Shown: piece after piece, positions 1 through 9,409 of the stretch
Position numbering within the stretch: position 1 is the first letter of the stretch
Layout: every line of letters starts with the position of its first letter
Assembly: GCA_938045085.1 (NCBI GenBank)
Contig: CALINZ010000197.1
Location: 1-49,703 of the forward strand
DNA length: 49,703 bases
Reading direction: 5' to 3'
Source of the DNA: an uncultured Collinsella sp.
GTDB lineage: Bacteria > Actinomycetota > Coriobacteriia > Coriobacteriales > Coriobacteriaceae
Translations under genes and position numbers: made by a program
Notes under the pieces: model-generated
The model's input: only the letters and a program-made list of their open reading frames with translations
What the model was told of the DNA's origin: nothing
The model's database searches: none

Positions 1-239
1 GGGAACTCCTTGCCCTCGCAGTTGCCAAAGAGCTCGCGATGCTCGGCCCACAGCCACGACAGCGTGTGGCCGGCATACGGGCCCTCCGCAATCTGGCAGT
101 CGCCGTTGGGGTGGGCCGAGATGGCCCAGCACTCACCGATGGGGCCATCGGGAATGTCGTAGCCAAATACGGTTTCGAGCTGGCGACCGCCCCAGATCTT
201 CTCGTGGAAGATCGGCGTCAGCTTAATCAAATCGGACAT
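1..239 (-). CDS. manA: Mannose-6-phosphate isomerase class I, 5' part (runs off the left edge)
   Basis: Absent from the ORF track. Manual minus-strand translation from ATG at 239 gives MSDLIKLTPIFHEKIWGGRQLETVFGYDIPDGPIGECWAISAHPNGDC..., the typical PMI N-terminus (KIWGG, GECWAISAHPNG). G-rich RBS upstream. Confidence 0.9.
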   Translation of the reverse strand, partial: MSDLIKLTPIFHEKIWGGRQLETVFGYDIPDGPIGECWAISAHPNGDCQIAEGPYAGHTLSWLWAEHRELFGNCEGKEF

Positions 240-313
240 GTTCATACCCCCATTGTGTTGCGCGGGCGCTGCACAAAACAGCTCAAAGCGAGCGCCCGGA
301 TGACTACAAAAAC

Positions 314-1033
314 CTATGCCAACGTTACGTTGTGCAACTCAAAGCGGTCGCCAACGTTGCGCGAGACCGAATACTCAAAGGCGACGCCGCTGTCCAAAAA
401 GCCAATCTGGGTGAGCTCGAGCAGGGGAGAGCCAGGCTTGGTGTCCAAGCGCTCGGCTTCTTCCTCGGTTGCTGCCACGGCGCGAATGGTACGGTGGAAG
501 CTCGAAATCTTCAGCCCACATTGCTCGCGGATGAAGTGGTAGACCGATCCGTACAGGTCCTTCTTTTTCAGCCCCGGAATCAGCTCGAGGGGCATGTAGG
601 TGTACTCGATAACGATGGGCTTCTCATCGGCCTGACGCACACGCACGATGTGATAGGCAAAGTCATCCTCGGCAATTCCCAGCTGGGCTGCGATGTCCGC
701 TGGTGGATTAACAATCGAGAAATCGTAGACCACCGAGGTCACCTTCTCCCCGCGGTGCTCATACGAAAAGCCCTGGGCACGGTCGTTTTTGCCCTGGAAA
801 AACGCCTGACCGGGAAGTCCCGCCGTGTCCTTAACGTAGGTACCCGATCCGCGTCGGCTGGTAATAAGACCTTCTTCGGTGATTTGTTCAATAGCTCGTT
901 TGACGGTGATTTTGGAAACGCTATAGAGCTCGCAGAACTCAACGACGGTGGGAAGCTTGTCGCCCGGTTTAAGAGTGCCATCCTCGATGCTTCGACGAAT
1001 ATCTGCAGCTATCGCCTCGTATTTGGGAATCAT
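314..1033 (-). CDS. GntR (HutC/UTRA) transcriptional regulator, GmuR-like
   Basis: N-terminal wHTH (LKPGDKLPT...VSKITVKRA...RRGSGTYV) and C-terminal UTRA domain. GGAGG RBS before ATG 1033. Divergent from the GH1/PTS genes. Confidence 0.9.
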   Translation of the reverse strand: MIPKYEAIAADIRRSIEDGTLKPGDKLPTVVEFCELYSVSKITVKRAIEQITEEGLITSRRGSGTYVKDTAGLPGQAFFQGKNDRAQGFSYEHRGEKVTSVVYDFSIVNPPADIAAQLGIAEDDFAYHIVRVRQADEKPIVIEYTYMPLELIPGLKKKDLYGSVYHFIREQCGLKISSFHRTIRAVAATEEEAERLDTKPGSPLLELTQIGFLDSGVAFEYSVSRNVGDRFELHNVTLA

Positions 1034-1212
1034 TGAACCTCCTTTCCGACATATATCAATACGCAAGTAAGTATAACCCTTAACAAGGCACCCATATAAC
1101 CTTTATCTAAGAAGCTCGAGAAAGAAAAAAGAAAAAAACGCTTTACATTTAGAATTAGAGCGCTATAGTTTAAGCAACGAACGGAATCCTTCCGCACAAC
1201 AGGATCGACCGT

Positions 1213-1302
1213 TTGGGGACGGTTTTGTTTTGGCGGGTTGGATATCGGTATGGCCGGTGCGCGCCCGCGCCGGATAACCTGCCAAAGCAAACCCGTCTCC
1301 AA
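1213..1302. repeat. REP-like imperfect inverted repeat, 27-bp arms
   Basis: TTGGGGACGGTTTTGTTTTGGCGGGTT (1213-1239) vs AACCTGCCAAAGCAAACCCGTCTCCAA (1276-1302): 23/27 match. Same motif recurs at 5156-5180. Confidence 0.75.
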
Positions 1303-1336
1303 CCGGAAGTTCTAGAACACGAAAGCGAGGACTTTG

Positions 1337-2737
1337 ATGGCACAGTATCAGCTGCCCAACGACTTCTTCTTTGGCGCTGCTATGTCCGGCCCGCAGACTG
1401 AGGGTCAGTGGAACCAGGGCGGCAAGCTCGAGAACCTGTGGGACACCTGGTCCATCCAGGATCTGGGTTCGTTCTACAACCGCGTTGGCTCTTACGCCGG
1501 CAATGACTTTATGGCCAAGTACCAGGAAGACCTTCGCATTTTGAAGGACTTGGGCCTGGATACCTATCGCACTTCCATCCAGTGGAGCCGTCTGCTCGAT
1601 GCCGACGGCAACCTCAACGAGGAAGGCGCCGCGTGGTATCACGAGTTGTTCCGCGCCTCTCGCGAAGCCGGCCTGGAGCCGTTTGTCAACTTGTACCACT
1701 TTGACATGCCCACCTACCTCTTTAACCGTGGCGGCTGGGAGAGCCGTGAGGTTGTCGAGGCTTACGCACATTACGCCGACGTCGCCTTCCACGAGTTTGG
1801 CCAGGAGATTAAGTACTGGTTCACCTTTAACGAGCCCATCGTCGAGCCCGAGCAGCGCTATCAGGAGGGCGTGTGGTTCCCGCAGCTCCACGACTTCAAC
1901 CGCGCCCGCACCGTGCAGTATCACATCTCGCTGGCGCACGCGCTGGCCGTGGCCAACTATCGTCGCGCCTATGACGAGGGCGCTATTCGCGCCGATGCCA
2001 AGATCGGCATGATCAATTGCTTTACCCCGGTCTACACCAAGGAGAACCCCAGCGAGGCGGACCTCGAGGCCGTGCGCATGACCAGCGGCATCAACAACCG
2101 CTGGTGGCTCGACCTCATCACCAAGGGCGAGCTTCCTGCCGACGTGCTCGACAGCCTGGCCGAGGGCGGCGTTAAGCTCCCGTTCCGCGCCGGCGACCAA
2201 GAGATCCTCAAGCAGGGTGTTGTCGACTGGCTCGGCTGCAACTACTACCACCCCACGCGTGTTCAGGCGCCGGCGAGCAAGGTCGACCAGTACGGCCTGC
2301 CGCACTTTGCCGACGAGTACGTATGGCCCGACGCCGTTATGAACGAGAGCCGCGGCTGGGAGATCTACCCGCAGGGCCTCTACGACTTTGGCATGGACTG
2401 CGCTAAGAACTACCCCGATCTTGAGTGGTTCGTTTCCGAGAACGGCATCGGCATCATGGACGAATACAAGAACCGTGACGCCGAAGGAACCATCCAGGAT
2501 GACTACCGCGTCGACTTTGTACGTCAGCACCTGGAGTGGGTGGCCAAGGCCATCGACGAGGGCGCCAAGTGCCGGGGCTATCACTACTGGGCCGTCATCG
2601 ATAACTGGTCTTGGGCCAATGCCTTTAAGAATCGTTACGGCTTTGTCGAGGTCGATCTCATAGACGGCTACAAGCGCCGCCTTAAGAAGTCGGCGGCCTG
2701 GCTCAAACAGGTCGCCACGACCCACGTGGTTGATTAG
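1337..2737 (+). CDS. Glycoside hydrolase family 1, 6-phospho-beta-glucosidase/mannosidase (GmuD-like)
   Basis: GH1 motifs: FFFGAAMSGPQTEG, YRTSIQWSR, TFNEP (acid/base), SENG (nucleophile), DNWSWANAFKNRYG. Confidence 0.93.
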   Translation: MAQYQLPNDFFFGAAMSGPQTEGQWNQGGKLENLWDTWSIQDLGSFYNRVGSYAGNDFMAKYQEDLRILKDLGLDTYRTSIQWSRLLDADGNLNEEGAAWYHELFRASREAGLEPFVNLYHFDMPTYLFNRGGWESREVVEAYAHYADVAFHEFGQEIKYWFTFNEPIVEPEQRYQEGVWFPQLHDFNRARTVQYHISLAHALAVANYRRAYDEGAIRADAKIGMINCFTPVYTKENPSEADLEAVRMTSGINNRWWLDLITKGELPADVLDSLAEGGVKLPFRAGDQEILKQGVVDWLGCNYYHPTRVQAPASKVDQYGLPHFADEYVWPDAVMNESRGWEIYPQGLYDFGMDCAKNYPDLEWFVSENGIGIMDEYKNRDAEGTIQDDYRVDFVRQHLEWVAKAIDEGAKCRGYHYWAVIDNWSWANAFKNRYGFVEVDLIDGYKRRLKKSAAWLKQVATTHVVD

Positions 2738-2857
2738 CGACCGGGCGAACGCCCAGACCGCGCGCCGCCGCGCGCAACACATGGCACATCTGGTGGCAGA
2801 GGGCGACAGACCACCGTGCGCATAGGAAAAGGCCGGATTTGAAAGTTAGGAGCAATC

Positions 2858-4201
2858 ATGGCCAGTGACAACGGAAAGAGCTTCCTCGACAAGTTTGCCG
2901 AGGTCTCTGCGAAGGTGGGAAACCAGGTTCACCTGCGTTCCCTGCGTGACGCCTTCGCGACCATCACGCCGCTCTATATCCTTGCGGGTATCGCGGTTCT
3001 TATTAACAACGTCGTGTTCCCTCTGTTCCCGCTCGATGCGGCGGGCCTTGCCAACCTTCAGACGTGGGGCTCGGCAATTACGCTGGGCACCCTCAACGTC
3101 TCTGCCATTATCTTGGCCGGATTGATTGGCTACAGCCTCGCCAAGAACAAGCGTTTCGATAACCCGCTCGCTTGCGTGGTCGTCGCCATCTCTGCCTTCG
3201 TCATCATGATGCCGCAGCAGATCACCGCCTCGCTTGCCGCCACGAGCCCACTGCTCACCGACAAGATCACCTCCGCCGAGGTCACGGGCGCCCTTTCGAC
3301 TGCCAACACCGGCACCAACGGTCTGTTCTCGGCTATTATCATCGCCCTGCTTTCCGTCTCGCTCTTCATCAAGATTTCTGGCGTCGAGAAGCTCAAGGTT
3401 AAGCTGGGCGAGGGCGTGCCTCCCGCGGTCTCCAACTCCTTCAACGTCATGATTCCGATGCTGCTTAACCTCGCGGTCTTCGCTCTTGCCGCAGCCCTGC
3501 TCGCCGTGTGCGCCGGCACCGATCTGTGCACCATCATCTCCACGTGCATCTCCAACCCGCTCAAGAGCATCATGAACGCCGGTCCGTGGGCTGTTATCCT
3601 CATCTACACCCTTGCTAACCTGCTGTTCTGCGTCGGTATTCACCAGTCCACCATCTCTGGCGCTACCGTCGAGCCGATCCTGACCATGCTCATCGTCGAC
3701 AACATGGCTACCTTTGCCGCCGGTGGCACCATCCAGCCCGATCACTACATGAACATGCAGATCGTTAACAGCTTCGCCCTCATCGGCGGCTCGGGCTGCA
3801 CCCTCATGCTCCTGCTCGACACGCTCCTGTTCTCCAAGAACAAGGCTTCCGAGACCGTTTCCAAGATGGCTATCCTGCCTGGTCTGTTCAACATCAACGA
3901 GCCGGTTATCTACGGTTACCCCATCGTGTACAACCTGCCGCTCATGATCCCGTTCGTTCTTCTTCCCGATCTGTTCATCGGCATCACCTATGGCCTTACC
4001 TGCGCAGGCATCATCAGCCCCTGCATCGCCCAGGTGCCCTGGACCATGCCTCCCGTCATCAATGCCCTGCTCGCTACGGGCTTTGACTGGCGCGCCGGCG
4101 TGTGGCAGGCTATCGAGATTGTCATTGGCATGGCCGTCTACCTGCCCTTTATGAAGATTTCCGAGAAGGCAATCGCCAAGCAGGAGGCTTTCGCCGAGTA
4201 G
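2858..4201 (+). CDS. PTS lactose/cellobiose-family EIIC permease
   Basis: HLRSLRDAF, IGGSG and FNINEPVIYGYPIVYN signatures; multiple transmembrane segments. Confidence 0.93.
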   Translation: MASDNGKSFLDKFAEVSAKVGNQVHLRSLRDAFATITPLYILAGIAVLINNVVFPLFPLDAAGLANLQTWGSAITLGTLNVSAIILAGLIGYSLAKNKRFDNPLACVVVAISAFVIMMPQQITASLAATSPLLTDKITSAEVTGALSTANTGTNGLFSAIIIALLSVSLFIKISGVEKLKVKLGEGVPPAVSNSFNVMIPMLLNLAVFALAAALLAVCAGTDLCTIISTCISNPLKSIMNAGPWAVILIYTLANLLFCVGIHQSTISGATVEPILTMLIVDNMATFAAGGTIQPDHYMNMQIVNSFALIGGSGCTLMLLLDTLLFSKNKASETVSKMAILPGLFNINEPVIYGYPIVYNLPLMIPFVLLPDLFIGITYGLTCAGIISPCIAQVPWTMPPVINALLATGFDWRAGVWQAIEIVIGMAVYLPFMKISEKAIAKQEAFAE

Positions 4202-4362
4202 AACGCCTAACGTTCGTCCCTTTCACCTTTGCGGGCGCCGGTACGCGGTGCCGGTGCCCGCAGCTCTCTCCCTTGTGTAAAGATGCAGGGGGGTGGGCAC
4301 AATAGCCGCAAGGAATACAACCAGTTGTCGTCTGCGCGCCGCGCAGTTATAAGGAGGAAACC

Positions 4363-4665
4363 ATGAAGAAGATCATGCTCTGCTGCAATGCCGGTATGTC
4401 CACGAGCCTGCTGGTCCAGAAGATGCAGGCCGAGGTTGCAAACCGTGGTCTGGATATTGAGGTCGAGGCTCGTCCCATGAATGAGGCCCACGATCACCTG
4501 GACGAGTGCGACATGTTGCTGCTTGGTCCGCAGATCGGCTACACCAAGGACGATTTTGAGAAGGAGGCCGCCGGCCGCTTCCCGGTCGAGGTTATCAACA
4601 TGGTCGACTACGGCCGCATGAACGCTGCCGGCATCATCGACCACTGCGTCAGCGTGATGGGCTAG
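4363..4665 (+). CDS. PTS lactose/cellobiose-family EIIB
   Basis: IMLCCNAGMSTS phospho-Cys loop; LLGPQ; DYGRMN; AAGGAGG RBS. Confidence 0.93.
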   Translation: MKKIMLCCNAGMSTSLLVQKMQAEVANRGLDIEVEARPMNEAHDHLDECDMLLLGPQIGYTKDDFEKEAAGRFPVEVINMVDYGRMNAAGIIDHCVSVMG

Positions 4666-4674
4666 GTGCTCTGC

Positions 4675-5007
4675 ATGGAGGATATGAACGAACTGCAGAT
4701 GACCTGCTTTGAGATCATCAGCTACGTCGGTACCGCCAAGAGCATGTACATCAATGCCGTGCAAAAGGCCAAGGAGGGCGATTTTGACGCCGCCGAGGAG
4801 CTTATCAAGCAGGGCGACGAGGCCTATAACGGTGGCCACGATGTTCACATGGGGCTTCTGAAGAAGGAGGCCAACGGCGAGCGTAACGGCGAGGCCCCGT
4901 TGATTTTGCTGCATGCCGAGGACCAGATGGCCGGCACCGAGACCATGCGCGTCATGGCGACGGAGCTCATCGAGGTTCACAAGCAGCTGCAGGCACTTCA
5001 GGCCTAG
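4675..5007 (+). CDS. PTS lactose/cellobiose-family EIIA
   Basis: G-AKS-YI-A...LLHAEDQ phospho-His motif. Start uncertain (4666, 4675 or 4684). Confidence 0.9.
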   Translation: MEDMNELQMTCFEIISYVGTAKSMYINAVQKAKEGDFDAAEELIKQGDEAYNGGHDVHMGLLKKEANGERNGEAPLILLHAEDQMAGTETMRVMATELIEVHKQLQALQA

Positions 5008-5065
5008 TCGGCGTTATCGCCGCGACGGACCGTGCGGTCCAACAGACAACATAGTCCCTTTGACG

Positions 5066-5103
5066 GGCGCCGGGAGCCTCCGCCTCCCGGCGCCTTTATT
5101 TTT
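5066..5103 (+). terminator. Intrinsic terminator after the PTS genes
   Basis: GGCGCCGGGAG/CTCCCGGCGCC stem followed by a T-rich tract. Confidence 0.7.
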
Positions 5104-5153
5104 GGGGATGGTCTTGCGCGGCCTGTTGGGCAGCCAATTGCGTTACCCCAGAT

Positions 5154-5194
5154 AAAACCTGCCAAAACAAACCTGTCCCTTTTTGGTAGGTTTT
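5154..5194. repeat. REP-like hairpin (GGGACAGG core on the minus strand)
   Basis: AAAACCTGCCAAAA...TTTTGGTAGGTTTT stem around CAAACCTGTCCC; near-identical to the arm at 1276-1302. Confidence 0.7.
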
Positions 5195-5248
5195 TGCCTT
5201 GAGAGCGGTACCATACAGGCAATGTTTAAACGAGAAAGGTGGGCTCCC

Positions 5249-6202
5249 ATGGAACCTAAGCAGTACTACATCGGCATCGACGTCGGCGGCACTTCGGTTA
5301 AGGAGGGCCTGTTCGACGAGGACGGCAACCTGCTTGCCAAGGCCAGCGTGCCCACGCCTCCTATCGTTGACGCTGCGGGCTTTGCCGCGGTGACCGAGGC
5401 TATCGACCAGGTGGTCGCCAAGGCACAGATTCCGCGTGCCTTTGTGGCGGGCATTGGCCTGGCCGTTCCGTGTCCCATCCCGGCGTCGGGCGATGCCAAG
5501 GTCAAGGCCAACATTGCCATTAACCTGCCCGAGCTGAGGGTCGCCATTCAGAAGCACTGCCCCGATGCGGTCGTTAAGTATGAGAACGATGCCAACGCCG
5601 CTGCCATGGGCGAGGCCTGGCTCGGTTCTGCCAAGGGCGTGCAGAACGTGGTGATGGTCACCATCGGTACCGGCGTGGGCGGCGGCGTTATCGTTAACGG
5701 CGACGTGGTATCGGGCGTTGTGGGCGCCGGCGGCGAGATTGGCCACATGTGCCTGAACCCGGCCGAGGAGCGCACCTGCGGCTGTGGCGGCCATGGCCAT
5801 CTGGAGCAGTATTCCAGCGCCACCGGCGTGGTGAGCAACTACCTTGCCGAGTGCAAGAAGGCGGGCGTCGAGCCCATTGAGCTCACCGGCCCCTCCGATT
5901 CCAAGGACGTGTTCCAGGCCTGCCGCGAGGGCGACAAGCTCGCGCTGGCCGCAGCCGACACCATGGCCGACTACCTTGGCCGCGCCCTGGCGCTTATCGC
6001 CAACGTGGTCGACCCCGAGATGTTCCTGATCGGTGGCGGCGCGTCCGCTTCGGCCGATGTTTATCTCGACAAGGTTCGCGAGCACTTTAAGCAGTACGCG
6101 CTCTCTGCCTCGCGCGAGACGCCCATTAAGGTCGCTTCGCTCGGAAACGACGCCGGCATCATCGGTGCCGCCTACGTAGCCCTGCGCGCCGCCGGTAAAT
6201 AG
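5249..6202 (+). CDS. ROK family sugar kinase (glucokinase-like)
   Basis: IGIDVGGT, ENDANAAAMGE, IGTGVGGG and GEIGH...CGCGGHGHLE zinc motif; no N-terminal HTH. Confidence 0.92.
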   Translation: MEPKQYYIGIDVGGTSVKEGLFDEDGNLLAKASVPTPPIVDAAGFAAVTEAIDQVVAKAQIPRAFVAGIGLAVPCPIPASGDAKVKANIAINLPELRVAIQKHCPDAVVKYENDANAAAMGEAWLGSAKGVQNVVMVTIGTGVGGGVIVNGDVVSGVVGAGGEIGHMCLNPAEERTCGCGGHGHLEQYSSATGVVSNYLAECKKAGVEPIELTGPSDSKDVFQACREGDKLALAAADTMADYLGRALALIANVVDPEMFLIGGGASASADVYLDKVREHFKQYALSASRETPIKVASLGNDAGIIGAAYVALRAAGK

Positions 6203-6203
6203 C

Positions 6204-6270
6204 TGGTGCAAGGGGGTCAGGTTACTTTGCACCAACACGGTGCAAAAGGGACAGTCTTGGCCCCCATGCC
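6204..6270. repeat. REP-like hairpin doublet
   Basis: TGGTGCAA-GGGGGTCAGGTTACT-TTGCACCA (6204-6234), followed by a degenerate copy GGTGCAAAAGGGACAGTC. Confidence 0.55.
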
Positions 6271-6368
6271 TGCCCCAAAATATGCCGTGACCCTTCCGTC
6301 TGCGAAGGCTCGGCATCGGCGTGCTACCATAGCTACGTCCAAGTACACATATCAAGTGGAGGATATCC

Positions 6369-7292
6369 ATGGCAAACGTTCTTGTCTTTGGTCACCAGAA
6401 CCCCGATAACGACGCCATCATGAGCGCCGTCGTCCTGTCCCAGCTGCTCAACCAGGTTGAGTATGCCGGCAACACCTACGAGGCTTGCGCTCTGGGTCAG
6501 CTTCCGGCCGAGTCCGCCAAGCTGCTCGCCGACGCCGGCATTGCCGAGCCCCGCGTGATCGAGTCCGTCGAGGCCGGCCAGCTCGTCGTTCTCACCGACC
6601 ACAACGAGTCCGCCCAGTCCGTCGCCGGCCTTAAGGACGCCACGGTCTTTGGCGTTGTCGATCATCACCGCATCGGCGACTTCGAGACCGCCGGCCCGCT
6701 GCACTACATCTGCCTGCCCTGGGGTTCCAGCTGCACCATCGTCACCAAGCTCGCCGGCGTGCTCGGCGTTGAGCTTTCCGACGTCCAGGCCAAGCTGCTG
6801 CTCTCGGCCATGATGACCGACACGCTCATGCTCAAGAGCCCCACCACCACCGATGTCGACCGCGCCGTCGCCGCCAAGCTCGGCGAGCAGGTGGGCGTCG
6901 ACCCGGTTAAGTTTGGCATGGAGGTCTTCCTCACCCGTCCGTCCGGCTCCTTCACCGCAGCCGAGATGGTCGGCAACGACATCAAAATGTTCGAGCCCGC
7001 CGGCAAGAAGCTACTCATCGGCCAGTACGAGACTGTCGACAAGACCCGCGCACTCGGCATGATCGACGAGATTCGCGAGGCCATGCGCGCCTGCGCCGCC
7101 GAGAAGGGCGCTGACGGCATTGTCCTGTGCATCACCGACATCATGGAGGAGGGCTCGCAGGTCCTGCTCGAGGGCGAGACCGAGGCTGCTCAGAAGGGCC
7201 TGGGCATTGCCGACGAGCACGACGGCGTCTGGATGCCGGGCGTCCTCTCCCGTAAGAAGCAGGTCGCTGCCCCCATCATGGCCGCCTGCTAG
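6369..7292 (+). CDS. ppaC: Manganese-dependent inorganic pyrophosphatase (family II)
   Basis: GHQNPDND, LTDHNE, DHH and C-terminal GVLSRKKQV. Confidence 0.95.
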   Translation: MANVLVFGHQNPDNDAIMSAVVLSQLLNQVEYAGNTYEACALGQLPAESAKLLADAGIAEPRVIESVEAGQLVVLTDHNESAQSVAGLKDATVFGVVDHHRIGDFETAGPLHYICLPWGSSCTIVTKLAGVLGVELSDVQAKLLLSAMMTDTLMLKSPTTTDVDRAVAAKLGEQVGVDPVKFGMEVFLTRPSGSFTAAEMVGNDIKMFEPAGKKLLIGQYETVDKTRALGMIDEIREAMRACAAEKGADGIVLCITDIMEEGSQVLLEGETEAAQKGLGIADEHDGVWMPGVLSRKKQVAAPIMAAC

Positions 7293-7311
7293 GTTTAGTT
7301 GACCAAACGCC

Positions 7312-7352
7312 ACGACCGGATCGCGGACACCCCGCGCTCCGGTCGTTTTTTT
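7312..7352 (+). terminator. Intrinsic terminator after ppaC
   Basis: ACGACCGGA...TCCGGTCGT stem followed by a T run. Confidence 0.75.
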
Positions 7353-7560
7353 GTGCACGGCGCCGCGTCGTCTCTTGGGCAGGCGTGCCCGTGCCGTTGA
7401 GCAAATAATGTTCAACCTGTGGTTCCGCTTTTCGGCCACGCCTGCGTGCTTGTCGTGCAGGGTAGGCTAGATGCAAGCGTAATACGTTAGAGCGCGGCGC
7501 CGCCACTTGGGCGGGCCGTGCTTTTTTAAGACGGGAGCTTTCCCGTGAAAGGAGCCGCCC

Positions 7561-8919
7561 ATGGCAGCAACTGAGCAGCTGTTCAACGTTCGTGAGCGCA
7601 AGCGTTTTGAACGTCACGACATCTGGGAGCGCATCGCCGAGAACGGCACGATTTCCGCCGCCGTCATGGTCTTCGCCGCCATCGCCGCCGTCATTTGCGC
7701 CAATACCGATGCCTACGAGGCTATCCATCACTTTTTGGAGACCCCGCTGTATGTGGGTCTGGGCAACCTTACGGCCGGTCTTACCGTTGAGCTTTTCGTC
7801 AACGACTTCCTCATGGCGATTTTCTTTTTGTTGGTGGGCATTGAGCTTAAGTACGAGATGACGGTCGGCGAGCTCAAGAATCCGCGTCAGGCCATGCTTC
7901 CCATGCTGGCGGCCGTGGGCGGCGTCGTCGTTCCTGCCTGCATCTACCTGATCTTTAACCATGCCGGCGCCCGCAACGGTTGGGCCATCCCCATGGCAAC
8001 CGATATTGCCTTTGCGCTGGGCGTGCTGTCGCTTTTGGGCAACCGCGTGCCCAACGGCGTGCGCGTGTTCTTCTCGACGCTCGCCATCGCCGATGACCTC
8101 ATCTCCATCGCCGCCATCGCCATCTTCTACGGTCAGAGCCCCAATCCGTTTTGGTTGGGCGCCGCCGCGCTGGTGACCTGCGCGCTCGTGTGGCTCAACA
8201 AGACGCAGCATTACCGCCTCGCCCCGTATTCGGTACTGGGCCTGCTGTTGTGGTTCTGCATGTTCAAGAGCGGTGTACATGCCACGCTCGCCGGCGTCAT
8301 CCTGGCCTTTACCATTCCGGCCAAGTGCGGCGTCAAGCTCGATAGCCTCACCGATTGGTTGGGCGAGTGCCTGCCGCTGCTTGATGACCGCTACGACGAC
8401 GAGGCACACATCCTGGGCCAGCATGACTTTACCGTCTCGACCACCAGGGTCGAGCGCGTCATGCACCGCGTGACCCCGCCGCTCATCCGCATGGAGCGTC
8501 TGATCTCCACGCCGGTCAACTTTGTGATTCTGCCGATCTTTGCGTTCGTGAACGCACAGGTTCGCCTAGTGGGTGTGGATATGAGCACGCTGCTCACCGA
8601 CCCGGTGACGCTCGGCGTGTACTTTGGCATGCTGCTGGGCAAGCCGATCGGCATCTTTGGCATGACGTTTGCCCTGGTTAAGTTTAGGGTCTGCGAGCTG
8701 CCGCATAACGTTAACTGGCACATGATTGCCGGTGTGGGCATTCTGGGCGGCATCGGCTTCACCATGTCGATCCTCATCAGCGGCCTTGCCTTCCCGACGG
8801 CCCAGTTTGAGGTTCTGGCTGCCAAGGCCGCCATCCTTGCCGGTTCGGTCACCGCTGCCGTGCTCGGTATGATCTACATGAGCGTGGTCTGCAAACACCC
8901 CGCGCCCAAGGACGAGTAA
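7561..8919 (+). CDS. nhaA: Na+/H+ antiporter NhaA
   Basis: VNDFLMAIFF, GWAIPMATDIAFALG, LAIADD, SGVHAT, GIGFTMS. Confidence 0.95.
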   Translation: MAATEQLFNVRERKRFERHDIWERIAENGTISAAVMVFAAIAAVICANTDAYEAIHHFLETPLYVGLGNLTAGLTVELFVNDFLMAIFFLLVGIELKYEMTVGELKNPRQAMLPMLAAVGGVVVPACIYLIFNHAGARNGWAIPMATDIAFALGVLSLLGNRVPNGVRVFFSTLAIADDLISIAAIAIFYGQSPNPFWLGAAALVTCALVWLNKTQHYRLAPYSVLGLLLWFCMFKSGVHATLAGVILAFTIPAKCGVKLDSLTDWLGECLPLLDDRYDDEAHILGQHDFTVSTTRVERVMHRVTPPLIRMERLISTPVNFVILPIFAFVNAQVRLVGVDMSTLLTDPVTLGVYFGMLLGKPIGIFGMTFALVKFRVCELPHNVNWHMIAGVGILGGIGFTMSILISGLAFPTAQFEVLAAKAAILAGSVTAAVLGMIYMSVVCKHPAPKDE

Positions 8920-8936
8920 GAGCACATACAAGTTTG

Positions 8937-8974
8937 AAAACGCCGCCTGTGAACACCATCACAAGCGGCGTTTT
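8937..8974. terminator. Bidirectional terminator between convergent genes
   Basis: AAAACGCCGC...GCGGCGTTTT. Confidence 0.7.
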
Positions 8975-9005
8975 AGTCATTGGGGACGTTCTTAAACGAC
9001 TAGGT

Positions 9006-9260
9006 TTATTCCACCGTTCCGTAGACGGCGCCCCAGCCGTGGGCGGCAAGGGCGGAGTTGAGCTGGTCGCAAAGCGATTGGCGGTCGTAGTAGCCGGGCG
9101 GCAATAGGTTCACGATTTCCATGAGATCGGGCGCCAGGTCCAAGATCTCGGCCTGTACGATGAGATCCAGGCGGTCGATGGCGCGGCGGTCGTAAAACAG
9201 CCCGTCGACCAGGCGCTGCAGGTCGCCGAATTCCTCGGCCTGGAACGATCCGTATTCCAT
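9006..9260 (-). CDS. Small hypothetical protein (84 aa)
   Basis: AGGAGG RBS before ATG 9260 (MEYGSFQAEE...). Fills the gap between nhaA and the aminotransferase and ends at a terminator. Confidence 0.7.
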   Translation of the reverse strand: MEYGSFQAEEFGDLQRLVDGLFYDRRAIDRLDLIVQAEILDLAPDLMEIVNLLPPGYYDRQSLCDQLNSALAAHGWGAVYGTVE

Positions 9261-9409
9261 AGTGCCTCCTTGGGCGCCCCACGCCGGCATGCACGGCGAT
9301 TCGTAAATCATTGCGATGAACTTAATCTATCACGGCTTCATGCCGTTGCGGCGGTGGCGGTCTATACTTAGACGAACTGCAACGTCCCGCTTCGCGAAAG
9401 GTCGCACCC

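Noticed and set aside
1163..2782. Long antisense ORFs opposite real genes (also 5096-6370, 14805-16451, 19546-20787, 28149-29540 and others)
   Set aside because: Shadow frames caused by high-GC codon bias; no RBS or motifs, and they overlap well-supported genes.
4231..4261. GC hairpin between EIIC and EIIB
   Set aside because: No T tract; probably an ordinary intra-operon stability hairpin.
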